Below, piece by piece: positions 17,590 to 25,534 of a stretch of 64,000 nt of DNA. The stretch is from an uncultured Erysipelotrichaceae bacterium (GTDB lineage Bacteria; Bacillota_I; Bacilli_A; RFN20; CAG-826): contig CADBUI010000026.1 of the NCBI GenBank assembly GCA_902797855.1, forward strand, positions 1,626 to 65,625. Direction: 5' to 3'. The translations under genes and the position numbers were made by a program. Below the pieces are notes generated by a model that saw only the letters and a program-made list of their open reading frames with translations, did no database searches and was not told the DNA's origin. How positions within the stretch are numbered: position 1 is the first letter of the stretch; every line of letters begins with the position of its first letter.

Positions 17590-20229
17590 ATGGCAAAACA
17601 ATACGTATATAACTTCAAAGAAGCCTATGGCTTAGGCAAAGAGCTTCTTGGAGGTAAAGGTGCTGGTCTTGCTGAAATGACACACATCGGAGTGCCAATT
17701 CCAGAAGGATTTACCATCACCACAGAAGCTTGCACACTTTACTATGAAAGTGGCAAGAAATTACCAGAATATTTGGTAAAAGAAATTTACGATGGAATTG
17801 CCGAAGTTGAAAAACAAACAGGTAAAAACTTTGGTGGATCCCAAAAACCTCTCCTCGTTTCAGTTCGTTCCGGCGCACGTGTCTCTATGCCAGGCATGAT
17901 GGACACCATCTTAAACCTTGGTTTAAATGACACCACAGTTGCAGCCTTAATCAAAGAAACTGGTAACGAAAGATTTGCTTGGGATAGCTATCGTCGTTTC
18001 ATCCTTATGTTCACAAACATTGCTAAAGGTCATCCACGTACCGACATGGACAAAATGCTCGATGACTTAAAAGCTGCTAAAGGATACACACTTGATACTC
18101 AAGTTACTGCCGAAGAACTTAAGGAACTCGTTAAGAAATACAAAGAATATTACAAAAAGACATTTGGTGAAGAATTCCCAACTGATCCAAAAGTTCAATT
18201 AATCGAAGCCGTCACAGCTGTCTTCCGTTCATGGGATAACCCACGTGCAAACGTCTATCGTATGCAATACTCAATCCCATATTCCTGGGGTACTGCTGTT
18301 AACGTTCAATCCATGGCTTTCGGTAACAAAGGTGAAACTTCCGGAACCGGTGTTGCTTTCTCAAGAAACGCTGCTACTGGTGAAAAGAAATTATCCGCTG
18401 AATACTTACCAAACGCACAAGGTGAAGACGTTGTTGCTGGTATTCGTACACCACTTCACATTGATGAACTCAAGAAACGTATGCCTGATGTTTATCGCCA
18501 ATTTGAAGAAACAATTAAAAAAATGGAACTCCATTATCGCGATATGCAAGATATGGAATTCACTGTTGAAGAAGGTAAACTCTACTTCCTTCAAACCCGT
18601 AGTGGTAAACGTACACCTGCTGCAGCCTTAAAGATGGCCTGCGACATGGTTGATGAAGGTTTAATCACTGAAGAAGAAGCTGTCTTAAGAATTGATCCTG
18701 TTTCATTCGATAAATTACTTCTTCCAAACTTTGATAAAGATGATTTAGCAAAAGCTGAATCTCGCAAGATTGCCAAAGGCAACCCAGCTGGTCCAGGCGC
18801 AGGTACAGGTAAGATTGCTTTCACTGCTGAAGAAGCAGAAGCCAGACATAACGCTGGTGAAAAAGTTGTCTTAGTTCGTGCTGAAACTTCACCAGAAGAC
18901 TTAATTGGTATGATCGCCGCTGAAGGTATCCTCACCATGCGCGGTGGTATGACATCACACGCAGCCGTTGTTGCTCGTGGTATGGGTAAATGCTGTGTCA
19001 CTGGATGTGCTGCTGCACAAATCAATGAAGAAGCTAGAACTTTAACAATTAATGGCAAAGTCTATGGTCCAGATGATGTCTTATCAATTGATGGTTCAAC
19101 TGGTAATGTCTATGAAGGCGATATTAAGAAAGTCGCACCAGACCTATCGAGTGGTAACTTTGGTAGACTCATGGCTTGGGTTGATGCTGCAAGAAAATTA
19201 AAAGTTCGTGCAAACGCTGATACTCCAAGAGATGCTCACCAAGCTAAACTCTTCGGTGCTCAAGGTATCGGTTTATGCCGTACTGAACACATGTTCTTTG
19301 ATAAGGACAAAATCTTCCACTTCAGAAAGATGATTCTTGCTGAAACAAAAGAAGAAAGAGTTGCTGCTTTAGCAGAAATGGAACCACTCCAACAAAAAGA
19401 CTTCGAAGGATTATTTGAAGAAATGGGCGAACTCAACGTTAACGTTCGTTTACTCGATCCACCTCTACATGAATTCCTTCCACAAGAAGAAGACAAGATT
19501 CTTGAACTCTCTAAAGCTACTGGTCATAGCGTCGAATACATTCATAAACGTATCGAAGATCTCCACGAATTCAACCCAATGATGGGTCACCGTGGATGCC
19601 GTCTTGACGTTTCTTATCCAGAAATTGGAGAAATGCAAACACGCGCTATCATCAAAGCTGCTATCGCAGTTAACAAGAAACACAATCTTCATATCGAACC
19701 AGAAATCATGATTCCATTAACCTTGGATCTCAAAGAATTCAAGTTCGTTAAAGACATTGTTGTTAGAACCGCTGACGAAGTCATTAAAGCCGCTGGTGTT
19801 AACTTAAAATACCATGTTGGTACAATGATCGAAATCCCAAGAGCCGCTCTCCTTTCCGATGAAATTGCTAAGGAAGCAGAATTCTTCTCATTCGGTACAA
19901 ACGACTTAACCCAAATGACATTTGGTTTCAGCCGTGATGATGCCTCTAAGTTCTTACCAGATTATTATGCAAATAAGATCTTGGAAGAAGACCCATTCAA
20001 GACTCTTGATCAACACGGTGTTGGTCGCCTTATCAAACTTTCCGTTAAGGAAGGTCGTTCAACAAGACCAGACCTCCACGTTGGTGTTTGTGGTGAAACT
20101 GGTGGTGAACCAAATTCCATCCAATTCTACCATGATGCAGGTTTAGACTATGTCTCCTGTTCACCATTCCGTGTTCCAGTTGCAAGACTTGCTGCTGCAC
20201 AAGCTGCAATTCGTAGCAAAAAGAAATAA
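17590..20229 (+). CDS. ppdK: Pyruvate, phosphate dikinase
   Basis: 879 aa with an ATP-grasp N-terminus (GGKGAGLAEM), the phospho-histidine swivel motif (GGMTSHAAVVARGMGK) and a PEP/pyruvate C-terminal domain (GLCRTEHMF, FFSFGTNDLTQ). A strong SD AGGAGG precedes the ATG. Confidence 0.95.
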   Translation: MAKQYVYNFKEAYGLGKELLGGKGAGLAEMTHIGVPIPEGFTITTEACTLYYESGKKLPEYLVKEIYDGIAEVEKQTGKNFGGSQKPLLVSVRSGARVSMPGMMDTILNLGLNDTTVAALIKETGNERFAWDSYRRFILMFTNIAKGHPRTDMDKMLDDLKAAKGYTLDTQVTAEELKELVKKYKEYYKKTFGEEFPTDPKVQLIEAVTAVFRSWDNPRANVYRMQYSIPYSWGTAVNVQSMAFGNKGETSGTGVAFSRNAATGEKKLSAEYLPNAQGEDVVAGIRTPLHIDELKKRMPDVYRQFEETIKKMELHYRDMQDMEFTVEEGKLYFLQTRSGKRTPAAALKMACDMVDEGLITEEEAVLRIDPVSFDKLLLPNFDKDDLAKAESRKIAKGNPAGPGAGTGKIAFTAEEAEARHNAGEKVVLVRAETSPEDLIGMIAAEGILTMRGGMTSHAAVVARGMGKCCVTGCAAAQINEEARTLTINGKVYGPDDVLSIDGSTGNVYEGDIKKVAPDLSSGNFGRLMAWVDAARKLKVRANADTPRDAHQAKLFGAQGIGLCRTEHMFFDKDKIFHFRKMILAETKEERVAALAEMEPLQQKDFEGLFEEMGELNVNVRLLDPPLHEFLPQEEDKILELSKATGHSVEYIHKRIEDLHEFNPMMGHRGCRLDVSYPEIGEMQTRAIIKAAIAVNKKHNLHIEPEIMIPLTLDLKEFKFVKDIVVRTADEVIKAAGVNLKYHVGTMIEIPRAALLSDEIAKEAEFFSFGTNDLTQMTFGFSRDDASKFLPDYYANKILEEDPFKTLDQHGVGRLIKLSVKEGRSTRPDLHVGVCGETGGEPNSIQFYHDAGLDYVSCSPFRVPVARLAAAQAAIRSKKK

Positions 20230-20250
20230 TAGTTTAAGAAACTAAAATTA

Positions 20251-20277
20251 ACCACATCTTCGGGTGTGGTTTTTTTA
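20251..20277 (+). terminator. Rho-independent terminator of ppdK
   Basis: ACCACATC-TTCG-GGTGTGGT hairpin (20251..20270) followed by TTTTTTT. Confidence 0.8.
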
Positions 20278-20284
20278 TATTAAA

Positions 20285-20304
20285 AAGTGCCAATTACGGC
20301 ACTT
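20285..20304 (-). terminator. Probable terminator of the ksgA-ispE-small gene transcript
   Basis: AAGTGCC(20285..20291)/GGCACTT(20298..20304) is followed on the minus strand by a T-rich run. Confidence 0.5.
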
Positions 20305-20322
20305 CCTATATATTTATTTATA

Positions 20323-20583
20323 TTATTTTCTTTTTAATAAATATGAATCAAAGTGTAAATCGCCAGTTGGAGAAACATATCCAGCGTTTTGTTCGTTAAT
20401 ATAGATTTCTCCATTATCTTCAATATAGCCAACATATTCTTCTTGGATATAGATTTCACCAAATTCAGTGAGACTACCAAATTTATGTCCACTAGAGTAC
20501 ATATCGCCACTTTCTGGAGAGATATATCCAGCAAGTTCATCATCTATATAGACGTTTTTACCAAAGCATTCTAAGAAAATCAT
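20323..20583 (-). CDS. Small (86 aa) acidic protein built from four tandem G-Y / G-(D/E)-I-Y repeats; function unknown
   Basis: The repeat pattern is VYIDDELAGYISPESGDMY / FGSLTEFGEIY / IQEEYVGYIEDNGEIY / INEQNAGYVSPTGDLHF. The start codon is 1 nt after the ispE stop. Overlapping alternative-frame ORFs here are artefacts of the repeat composition. Confidence 0.45.
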   Translation of the reverse strand: MIFLECFGKNVYIDDELAGYISPESGDMYSSGHKFGSLTEFGEIYIQEEYVGYIEDNGEIYINEQNAGYVSPTGDLHFDSYLLKRK

Positions 20584-20584
20584 T

Positions 20585-21430
20585 TTATAAAGTTTTTGTT
20601 AAGAATACATCGTATCCTTGTTTTTCATATTTCTTATATAGTTTTTGCATTAGCCCATGATTATCATGAAGAGCAAATACTGCACTTCCAGAACCACTCA
20701 TCAAAACGATATCGAGTCCATCTTTGCGGAACATATCTTTGATTTCTTGAATTTTACCCACTAAAGAGATGGATGGTTTTTCAAGTGAATTGAATACTGA
20801 TTGGGCAAGTAATGTATCATCACCATTTACTAAAGCTTCTTCCACTTTATCTCCGTTACCGTGATCAAGTTCCATTGTATCAGCGTAATCAAAGACGTGT
20901 TTAGTGGATAAACCTTGTTCTGGTTTAATAATTAATACATAGTATTTCTTTTTAAGTTTAATAGGTTTTAGGTTTTCTCCTATTCCACTTACTCTAGCAG
21001 GAACATTATCTAAACAAAATGGAACATCTGCACCTAAAGATTTCGCTAAATCGAGGAGTTCTTCCTTGGGAAGTTTGAGTTTAAGAAGTTGGCAAATTGC
21101 TCTGATAGTTGCAGCAGCGTTACTACTTCCTCCACCTAAACCAGCAGAAATAGGAATCTCTTTATGAACAATGATTGAGAAATTTTGTTTAATTTTATAT
21201 CGTTTCTTCATTTCAAGAAGAGTTTGATTAATTAAATTGTATTTTGTTTCTTGTAGTTCAACGTGATCACACACTACATATGAATCATTTGAATAAGGTA
21301 AAAATGTGACTTGAAGAGAGTCGTGAAGTTCAAGAGGAAGCATAACCATATCTAAATCATGGTAACCATCTTCTCTTTTTCCAATTACATCTAAATATGC
21401 ATTAATCTTCGCGTAAGCTTTAACGTACAT
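20585..21430 (-). CDS. ispE: 4-diphosphocytidyl-2-C-methyl-D-erythritol kinase (MEP pathway)
   Basis: MYVKAYAKINAYLDV start and the GHMP kinase motif PISAGLGGGSSNAAA. I prefer the ATG at 21430. The ORF-track extension to 21514 would overlap ksgA by 95 nt. Confidence 0.85.
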   Translation of the reverse strand: MYVKAYAKINAYLDVIGKREDGYHDLDMVMLPLELHDSLQVTFLPYSNDSYVVCDHVELQETKYNLINQTLLEMKKRYKIKQNFSIIVHKEIPISAGLGGGSSNAAATIRAICQLLKLKLPKEELLDLAKSLGADVPFCLDNVPARVSGIGENLKPIKLKKKYYVLIIKPEQGLSTKHVFDYADTMELDHGNGDKVEEALVNGDDTLLAQSVFNSLEKPSISLVGKIQEIKDMFRKDGLDIVLMSGSGSAVFALHDNHGLMQKLYKKYEKQGYDVFLTKTL

Positions 21431-22271
21431 GACGAGTACCTCTTTGTTTTGGTGTAGAAACAAAATCAAGTGATTTAAGTTTATTAGATAAAGCGATATA
21501 AAATTCAATACCAAGTTGTTCTGGTCTTAAAGAAATATCAGTTTTAAGTTCTTTAAGAATTAGAGTCGCAAGAGCTTTATCATCAAGAAGTGACGCTAAG
21601 CAATTAAGAATTGTTTTCCTTCTATGAAGGAATATCTTGCACATAAGCTTATATAAATAATCATTATTAGCGTTTTTAATATTCTCATTTGGAATGATTT
21701 TAAAGACCGCTGAATCAACATGTGGAACAGGAACAAAGTTGTTTCTTCCAACAATGATTGATGGTTCGATACTAGCGACATAATTTAAAAATAAAGAAAG
21801 TGGAGAAACATCTTTTGTGTTAGGCATTAATTTCGCTAAGACTTCTTTTTGTGTCATAAGTACAATGGTTTTCGCATTTTTAGCGCCTAACAAGATGTGT
21901 TCAATAATTCCAGAAGTAATATAGTAAGGTAGATTACCAATAATTTTTGTGTAACTACTTAAATTTGCGGTTAAAACATTTTGTCTTTTAACAGTTACGT
22001 TAGAAAGACCACCAAAATCTTTTGTGAGTTTAACAAGCATTCTTTCATCAACATCAATCAAAGTGATGTTAACATTTTGGTTTTTTACTAAGTAATAACT
22101 TAATGAACCGAGTCCAGAACCGATTTCTAAAACATTATCATTATCTTCTAAGGAGAGTTGACTACAGATAACCTGTGCAACGTCGCATTTAATAAGGAAA
22201 TTTTGACCTAATGATCTATTAGCTTGAAACTTATAAGTCTTTATGTCTTCAAAGAATTCTAATTCATTCAT
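21420..22271 (-). CDS. rsmA: 16S rRNA (adenine1518/1519-N6)-dimethyltransferase
   Basis: SLGQNFL, the SAM motif VLEIGSGLGSLS, and GNLPYYITS. Confidence 0.9.
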   Translation of the reverse strand: MNELEFFEDIKTYKFQANRSLGQNFLIKCDVAQVICSQLSLEDNDNVLEIGSGLGSLSYYLVKNQNVNITLIDVDERMLVKLTKDFGGLSNVTVKRQNVLTANLSSYTKIIGNLPYYITSGIIEHILLGAKNAKTIVLMTQKEVLAKLMPNTKDVSPLSLFLNYVASIEPSIIVGRNNFVPVPHVDSAVFKIIPNENIKNANNDYLYKLMCKIFLHRRKTILNCLASLLDDKALATLILKELKTDISLRPEQLGIEFYIALSNKLKSLDFVSTPKQRGTRHVR

Positions 22272-22803
22272 TATTAATTGCCTCCTTTAGTTCGTCTAGT
22301 GATATATTTAATGCATTTATTCTTTTCAAGAATGTCTTACCATTACAATGTCCTAGATGTAATGATTTTGCCACTTTATCTCTTTTAATGGAAGAGTCAA
22401 GTTGGGACAATAGTCCCAAATGATACAAATCACTCGATGTAATCGAACCTTTTTGTTTAGTTAAATTTGTAAACAAATTTTCTAAAGATTCATAAACTTC
22501 TTCAATATCGGCTTCTGCCACTCCAACTTTTCCATGTTTAATTGCTTTTTCTTTATTTATGAAGCAATGCTTTAATCCTGATATATTTTTATCAAGTTCA
22601 TCGCGAATCTTTTTACCAGGGAAATCTGGATCAGTTAGGACAATGACATCTTTACTTTTAATGGCTTCCTTTAGATATTCGATTGTTCTAGTTGGTACAT
22701 CTGAACCATTTGTAGTAACAAACTCAGCTTCAATATAATTCGATAGGAAGGCAACATCACTTTTACCTTCCACCACTAAGATAGCATTTAACTTTCTCTT
22801 CAT
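22264..22803 (-). CDS. rnmV: Ribonuclease M5 (Toprim domain)
   Basis: ILVVEGKSDVAFL...VIVLTDPDFPGKKIR. It lies between tatD and ksgA, as in Bacillus. Confidence 0.85.
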   Translation of the reverse strand: MKRKLNAILVVEGKSDVAFLSNYIEAEFVTTNGSDVPTRTIEYLKEAIKSKDVIVLTDPDFPGKKIRDELDKNISGLKHCFINKEKAIKHGKVGVAEADIEEVYESLENLFTNLTKQKGSITSSDLYHLGLLSQLDSSIKRDKVAKSLHLGHCNGKTFLKRINALNISLDELKEAINNE

Positions 22804-23564
22804 AACTTAAATACTCTCTTAAAATTGTTATCAGCTTCTAAGATTACTTCTTCAGGACTTATTCCTCTTAAATTAGCGATTTCATCAACAATAAGAGGAA
22901 GGAATTTAGAATGATTTAGTTCTCCTCTATGAGGGGTAGGCGCTAAATAAGGGGCGTCTGTTTCTAAAACATATAAATTCTTATCAATATTTTTGATTAC
23001 GTCTTTCGCTCTAATGGCGTTTTTAAACGTAACAACTCCACCGAATCCAAATAGTAATCCTAGTTTTGCATAATCTTTAACCATCTCAAGAGAACCAGCA
23101 TAACAGTGCATAATTCCACCATGATGAGGTTTATGTTTTTGCATTAATTCAAGAGCGGCTTCACTAGCTTCACGACAATGGATAACAATTGGCAGTTTAT
23201 GTTTGTTCGCAAGTTCAATTTGAAGTTTAAAATATGTCGCTTGCTCGCGTTTAACATCCTCATCTTTATCCCAATAAAAATCTAATCCTATTTCTCCAAT
23301 AGCGATTACTTTTTTATCTTTGATAAGTTTTTCGATTTCTTTTAAATCGTTGTGACCAGCTTTTTTAATCTCAGAAGGATGAATTCCAATAGCAGCGTAT
23401 ACATCAGGAAACCTATTAGCGATTTCAACGGCGGCTCTACTGCTATTTAAGTCATAACCCACAACAAGCATCTTTGTGACACCTGCTTCTTTAGCTTCTA
23501 AAACATATTTTTCAGGATTAGAAATATATACTGGATCATTTATATGACAATGTGTATCAATCAT
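22800..23564 (-). CDS. tatD: TatD-family metal-dependent DNase/hydrolase
   Basis: MIDTHCHI, IGEIGLDFYW, VIHCREA and ETDAPYLAP motifs. Confidence 0.9.
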   Translation of the reverse strand: MIDTHCHINDPVYISNPEKYVLEAKEAGVTKMLVVGYDLNSSRAAVEIANRFPDVYAAIGIHPSEIKKAGHNDLKEIEKLIKDKKVIAIGEIGLDFYWDKDEDVKREQATYFKLQIELANKHKLPIVIHCREASEAALELMQKHKPHHGGIMHCYAGSLEMVKDYAKLGLLFGFGGVVTFKNAIRAKDVIKNIDKNLYVLETDAPYLAPTPHRGELNHSKFLPLIVDEIANLRGISPEEVILEADNNFKRVFKL

Positions 23565-23565
23565 T

Positions 23566-24879
23566 TTATTTTCCTACACAAAAACGAGAGAATATTTCAT
23601 CACTTAAATCGTTTTTGTTACTTTCACCAAGTAAATCAAGCGCAGCGTTGTACGCTGACATAATACTTACCGAAACTAAATCTATTGGTTGATTATCGTT
23701 ATTATCCTTAATAGCGACTTTCAAACATTCAACCATCTTTTCAAGAAGTCCTAATTGTCTGGAATTATTAAATGATGGAGAAATCTTATTAATAGATATT
23801 CCCATTACTTCTTTAATTTTATTAGTTAAAGGAGATATATCCTTATTTAGTGCACTTATATATAAAGCATTAGGATCTTTTTTAGAAATCTTATCGGATT
23901 TGTTATAGACAATAATGTGCTTTTTATCTTTAATTTCACTATATAAAGAAACATCGATTCCATTTTCATCTGCGACATAAATCACTAAATCAGCCTTAGA
24001 TAAAACATCATTAATTTTCTTAATACCAATGGCTTCAATTTTGTCGCTCGACTGTCTAAACCCCGCTGTGTCAAATAATCTAACCGGAACTCCAGAAAGA
24101 TTAATTTCACCTTCAACAACATCTCGTGTTGTGCCTGCGATATCAGTAACAATTGCTTTTTCTTCGTTTAAAAACGCATTAAGTAATGAAGATTTTCCAA
24201 CATTTGGTTTACCAACAATCGCGATATTAAGCCCTTCATTATATAGCTTGCTTCTTTCTGCGTTTTTCACAAGTTCGTTGAGTTCATTAACTATGTTAAC
24301 GCAGTATTCGTTAATCTTTTCTCGAGATACTTCTTCAATATCTTCATATTCAGGATAATCAATATTAACTTCGATATTAGAAAGAATCTCACCAATCTTA
24401 TCTTTAATTGGCCTAAATAAAGCAGATGTATCGCCTTTTAAGGCGAGCATAGATAAATCTCTACCTTCAATAGTGGTCGCGTTAATTAAGTCATTAATCG
24501 CTTCGGCTTGCACTAAATCGAGTTTGTTATTTAGATATGCTCTACTAGAGAATTCTCCGTTTGAAGCCATTCTTGCTCCTTTAGATAAAAGAAGTTTAAT
24601 AATTTCGTTAACAATTAACATTGATCCATGAGTAATAATCTCAATAGAATTTTCACCAGTGAATGAATGAGGTGAAACATACGCAAGTAGCATTACTTCA
24701 TCAATGACTTTGTTTTCGTTAACAATATGACCATGAAAAATCTCGCGTTTAGAAATATTAGATAAGTCGTGATCAAAAACTTTATTAACAATTTCAAAAC
24801 AATCATCTCCTGAAAGTCGGATGATTGCTAAAGCTGATTTTAATGGTGGGGTTGCTAAAGCAACAATAGTTTCAAACAT
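23566..24879 (-). CDS. mnmE: tRNA uridine-5-carboxymethylaminomethyl modification GTPase
   Basis: MFETIVALATPP...AIIRLSG, the G-domain GKPNVGKSSLLN / DTAG / NKSD, and a C-terminal CVGK. I prefer the ATG at 24879. The track's TTG at 24897 lies inside a hairpin. Confidence 0.9.
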   Translation of the reverse strand: MFETIVALATPPLKSALAIIRLSGDDCFEIVNKVFDHDLSNISKREIFHGHIVNENKVIDEVMLLAYVSPHSFTGENSIEIITHGSMLIVNEIIKLLLSKGARMASNGEFSSRAYLNNKLDLVQAEAINDLINATTIEGRDLSMLALKGDTSALFRPIKDKIGEILSNIEVNIDYPEYEDIEEVSREKINEYCVNIVNELNELVKNAERSKLYNEGLNIAIVGKPNVGKSSLLNAFLNEEKAIVTDIAGTTRDVVEGEINLSGVPVRLFDTAGFRQSSDKIEAIGIKKINDVLSKADLVIYVADENGIDVSLYSEIKDKKHIIVYNKSDKISKKDPNALYISALNKDISPLTNKIKEVMGISINKISPSFNNSRQLGLLEKMVECLKVAIKDNNDNQPIDLVSVSIMSAYNAALDLLGESNKNDLSDEIFSRFCVGK

Positions 24880-24883
24880 AATC

Positions 24884-24907
24884 CAAAAAAGAGCCAATAA
24901 AGGCTCT
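24884..24907 (-). terminator. Terminator-like hairpin between jag and mnmE
   Basis: The minus strand reads AGAGCC-TTTATT-GGCTCT followed by TTTTTT. The T-run ends 5 nt before the mnmE ATG. Confidence 0.4.
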
Positions 24908-24912
24908 AATTA

Positions 24913-25515
24913 TTATTTAACGTATTTAATTGTGACAGCGCGATGACGTCCTTCTCCACTTGATTCGGTCATAATGTGAGAGAAGTTACTAAGAGCGTTA
25001 TGAACAACTCTTCTTTCGTCTGATGGCATTGGATCTAAAGTGACATCAACTTTAGTCTTTTGGACTTCTTTTGCAGTTCTTCTTGCGATAGATGCAACAC
25101 GTCCATATTTGTTATTTTTGTAATCTCCAATATCAAGAAGAATTCTATATCTTCTTCTAAACTTACCTGAAACAGCAAGTCTAACGATTTCATTTAAAGA
25201 TTGAAGCGTGACACCATTTTTACCAATTAAGATTGGGTTATGGTCACTATCGATTTCAATGTGGATAATGTCATCGTTTAAATATGCGCTTGTGCCGACT
25301 TCACCGATGCCAAGGCTTTCAAGTACATTTTTAATGTATTCTTGAGCGAAAGCGACAACATCTGCAAATTCATAAACATTGATAACGGCTTTTTTACCGA
25401 ATAAACCTTTCTTCTCTTCTAAAACATCGTAGACAAGATCGGTTGCTTCAATATTTAATTCTTTGCACGCTAATTCAATAGCTTCATCCACTGTTTTTGC
25501 AGCAAATTCTTTCAT
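24913..25515 (-). CDS. jag: Jag/KhpB RNA-binding protein (Jag_N + KH + R3H)
   Basis: KH-like GKNGVTLQSLNEIV and the R3H motif ERRVVHNALS. It has the conserved position after yidC. Confidence 0.85.
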   Translation of the reverse strand: MKEFAAKTVDEAIELACKELNIEATDLVYDVLEEKKGLFGKKAVINVYEFADVVAFAQEYIKNVLESLGIGEVGTSAYLNDDIIHIEIDSDHNPILIGKNGVTLQSLNEIVRLAVSGKFRRRYRILLDIGDYKNNKYGRVASIARRTAKEVQKTKVDVTLDPMPSDERRVVHNALSNFSHIMTESSGEGRHRAVTIKYVK

Positions 25516-25534
25516 TTATTTATACTCCTAAAGA

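Noticed and set aside
18245-19692. Several 60-155-aa ORFs in alternative frames and antisense within ppdK (for example 18591..19058 on the minus strand and 18245..18631 on the plus strand).
   Set aside because: They lie entirely within a strongly supported 879-aa gene. They have low-complexity Ser/Ala/Pro-rich or Leu-rich translations and no SD. Biased codon usage removing stops from the other frames explains them.
21431-21514. N-terminal extensions given by the ORF track. Examples are ispE to 21514, rpmE from 53471, tadA from 39396, the FGGY kinase to 17461, mnmE to 24897, the ADH from 43904 and the small HTH protein to 2626.
   Set aside because: In each case an internal start gives the family-typical N-terminus. 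It also either has a better SD or removes an overlap with a neighbouring gene, promoter, hairpin or RNA.
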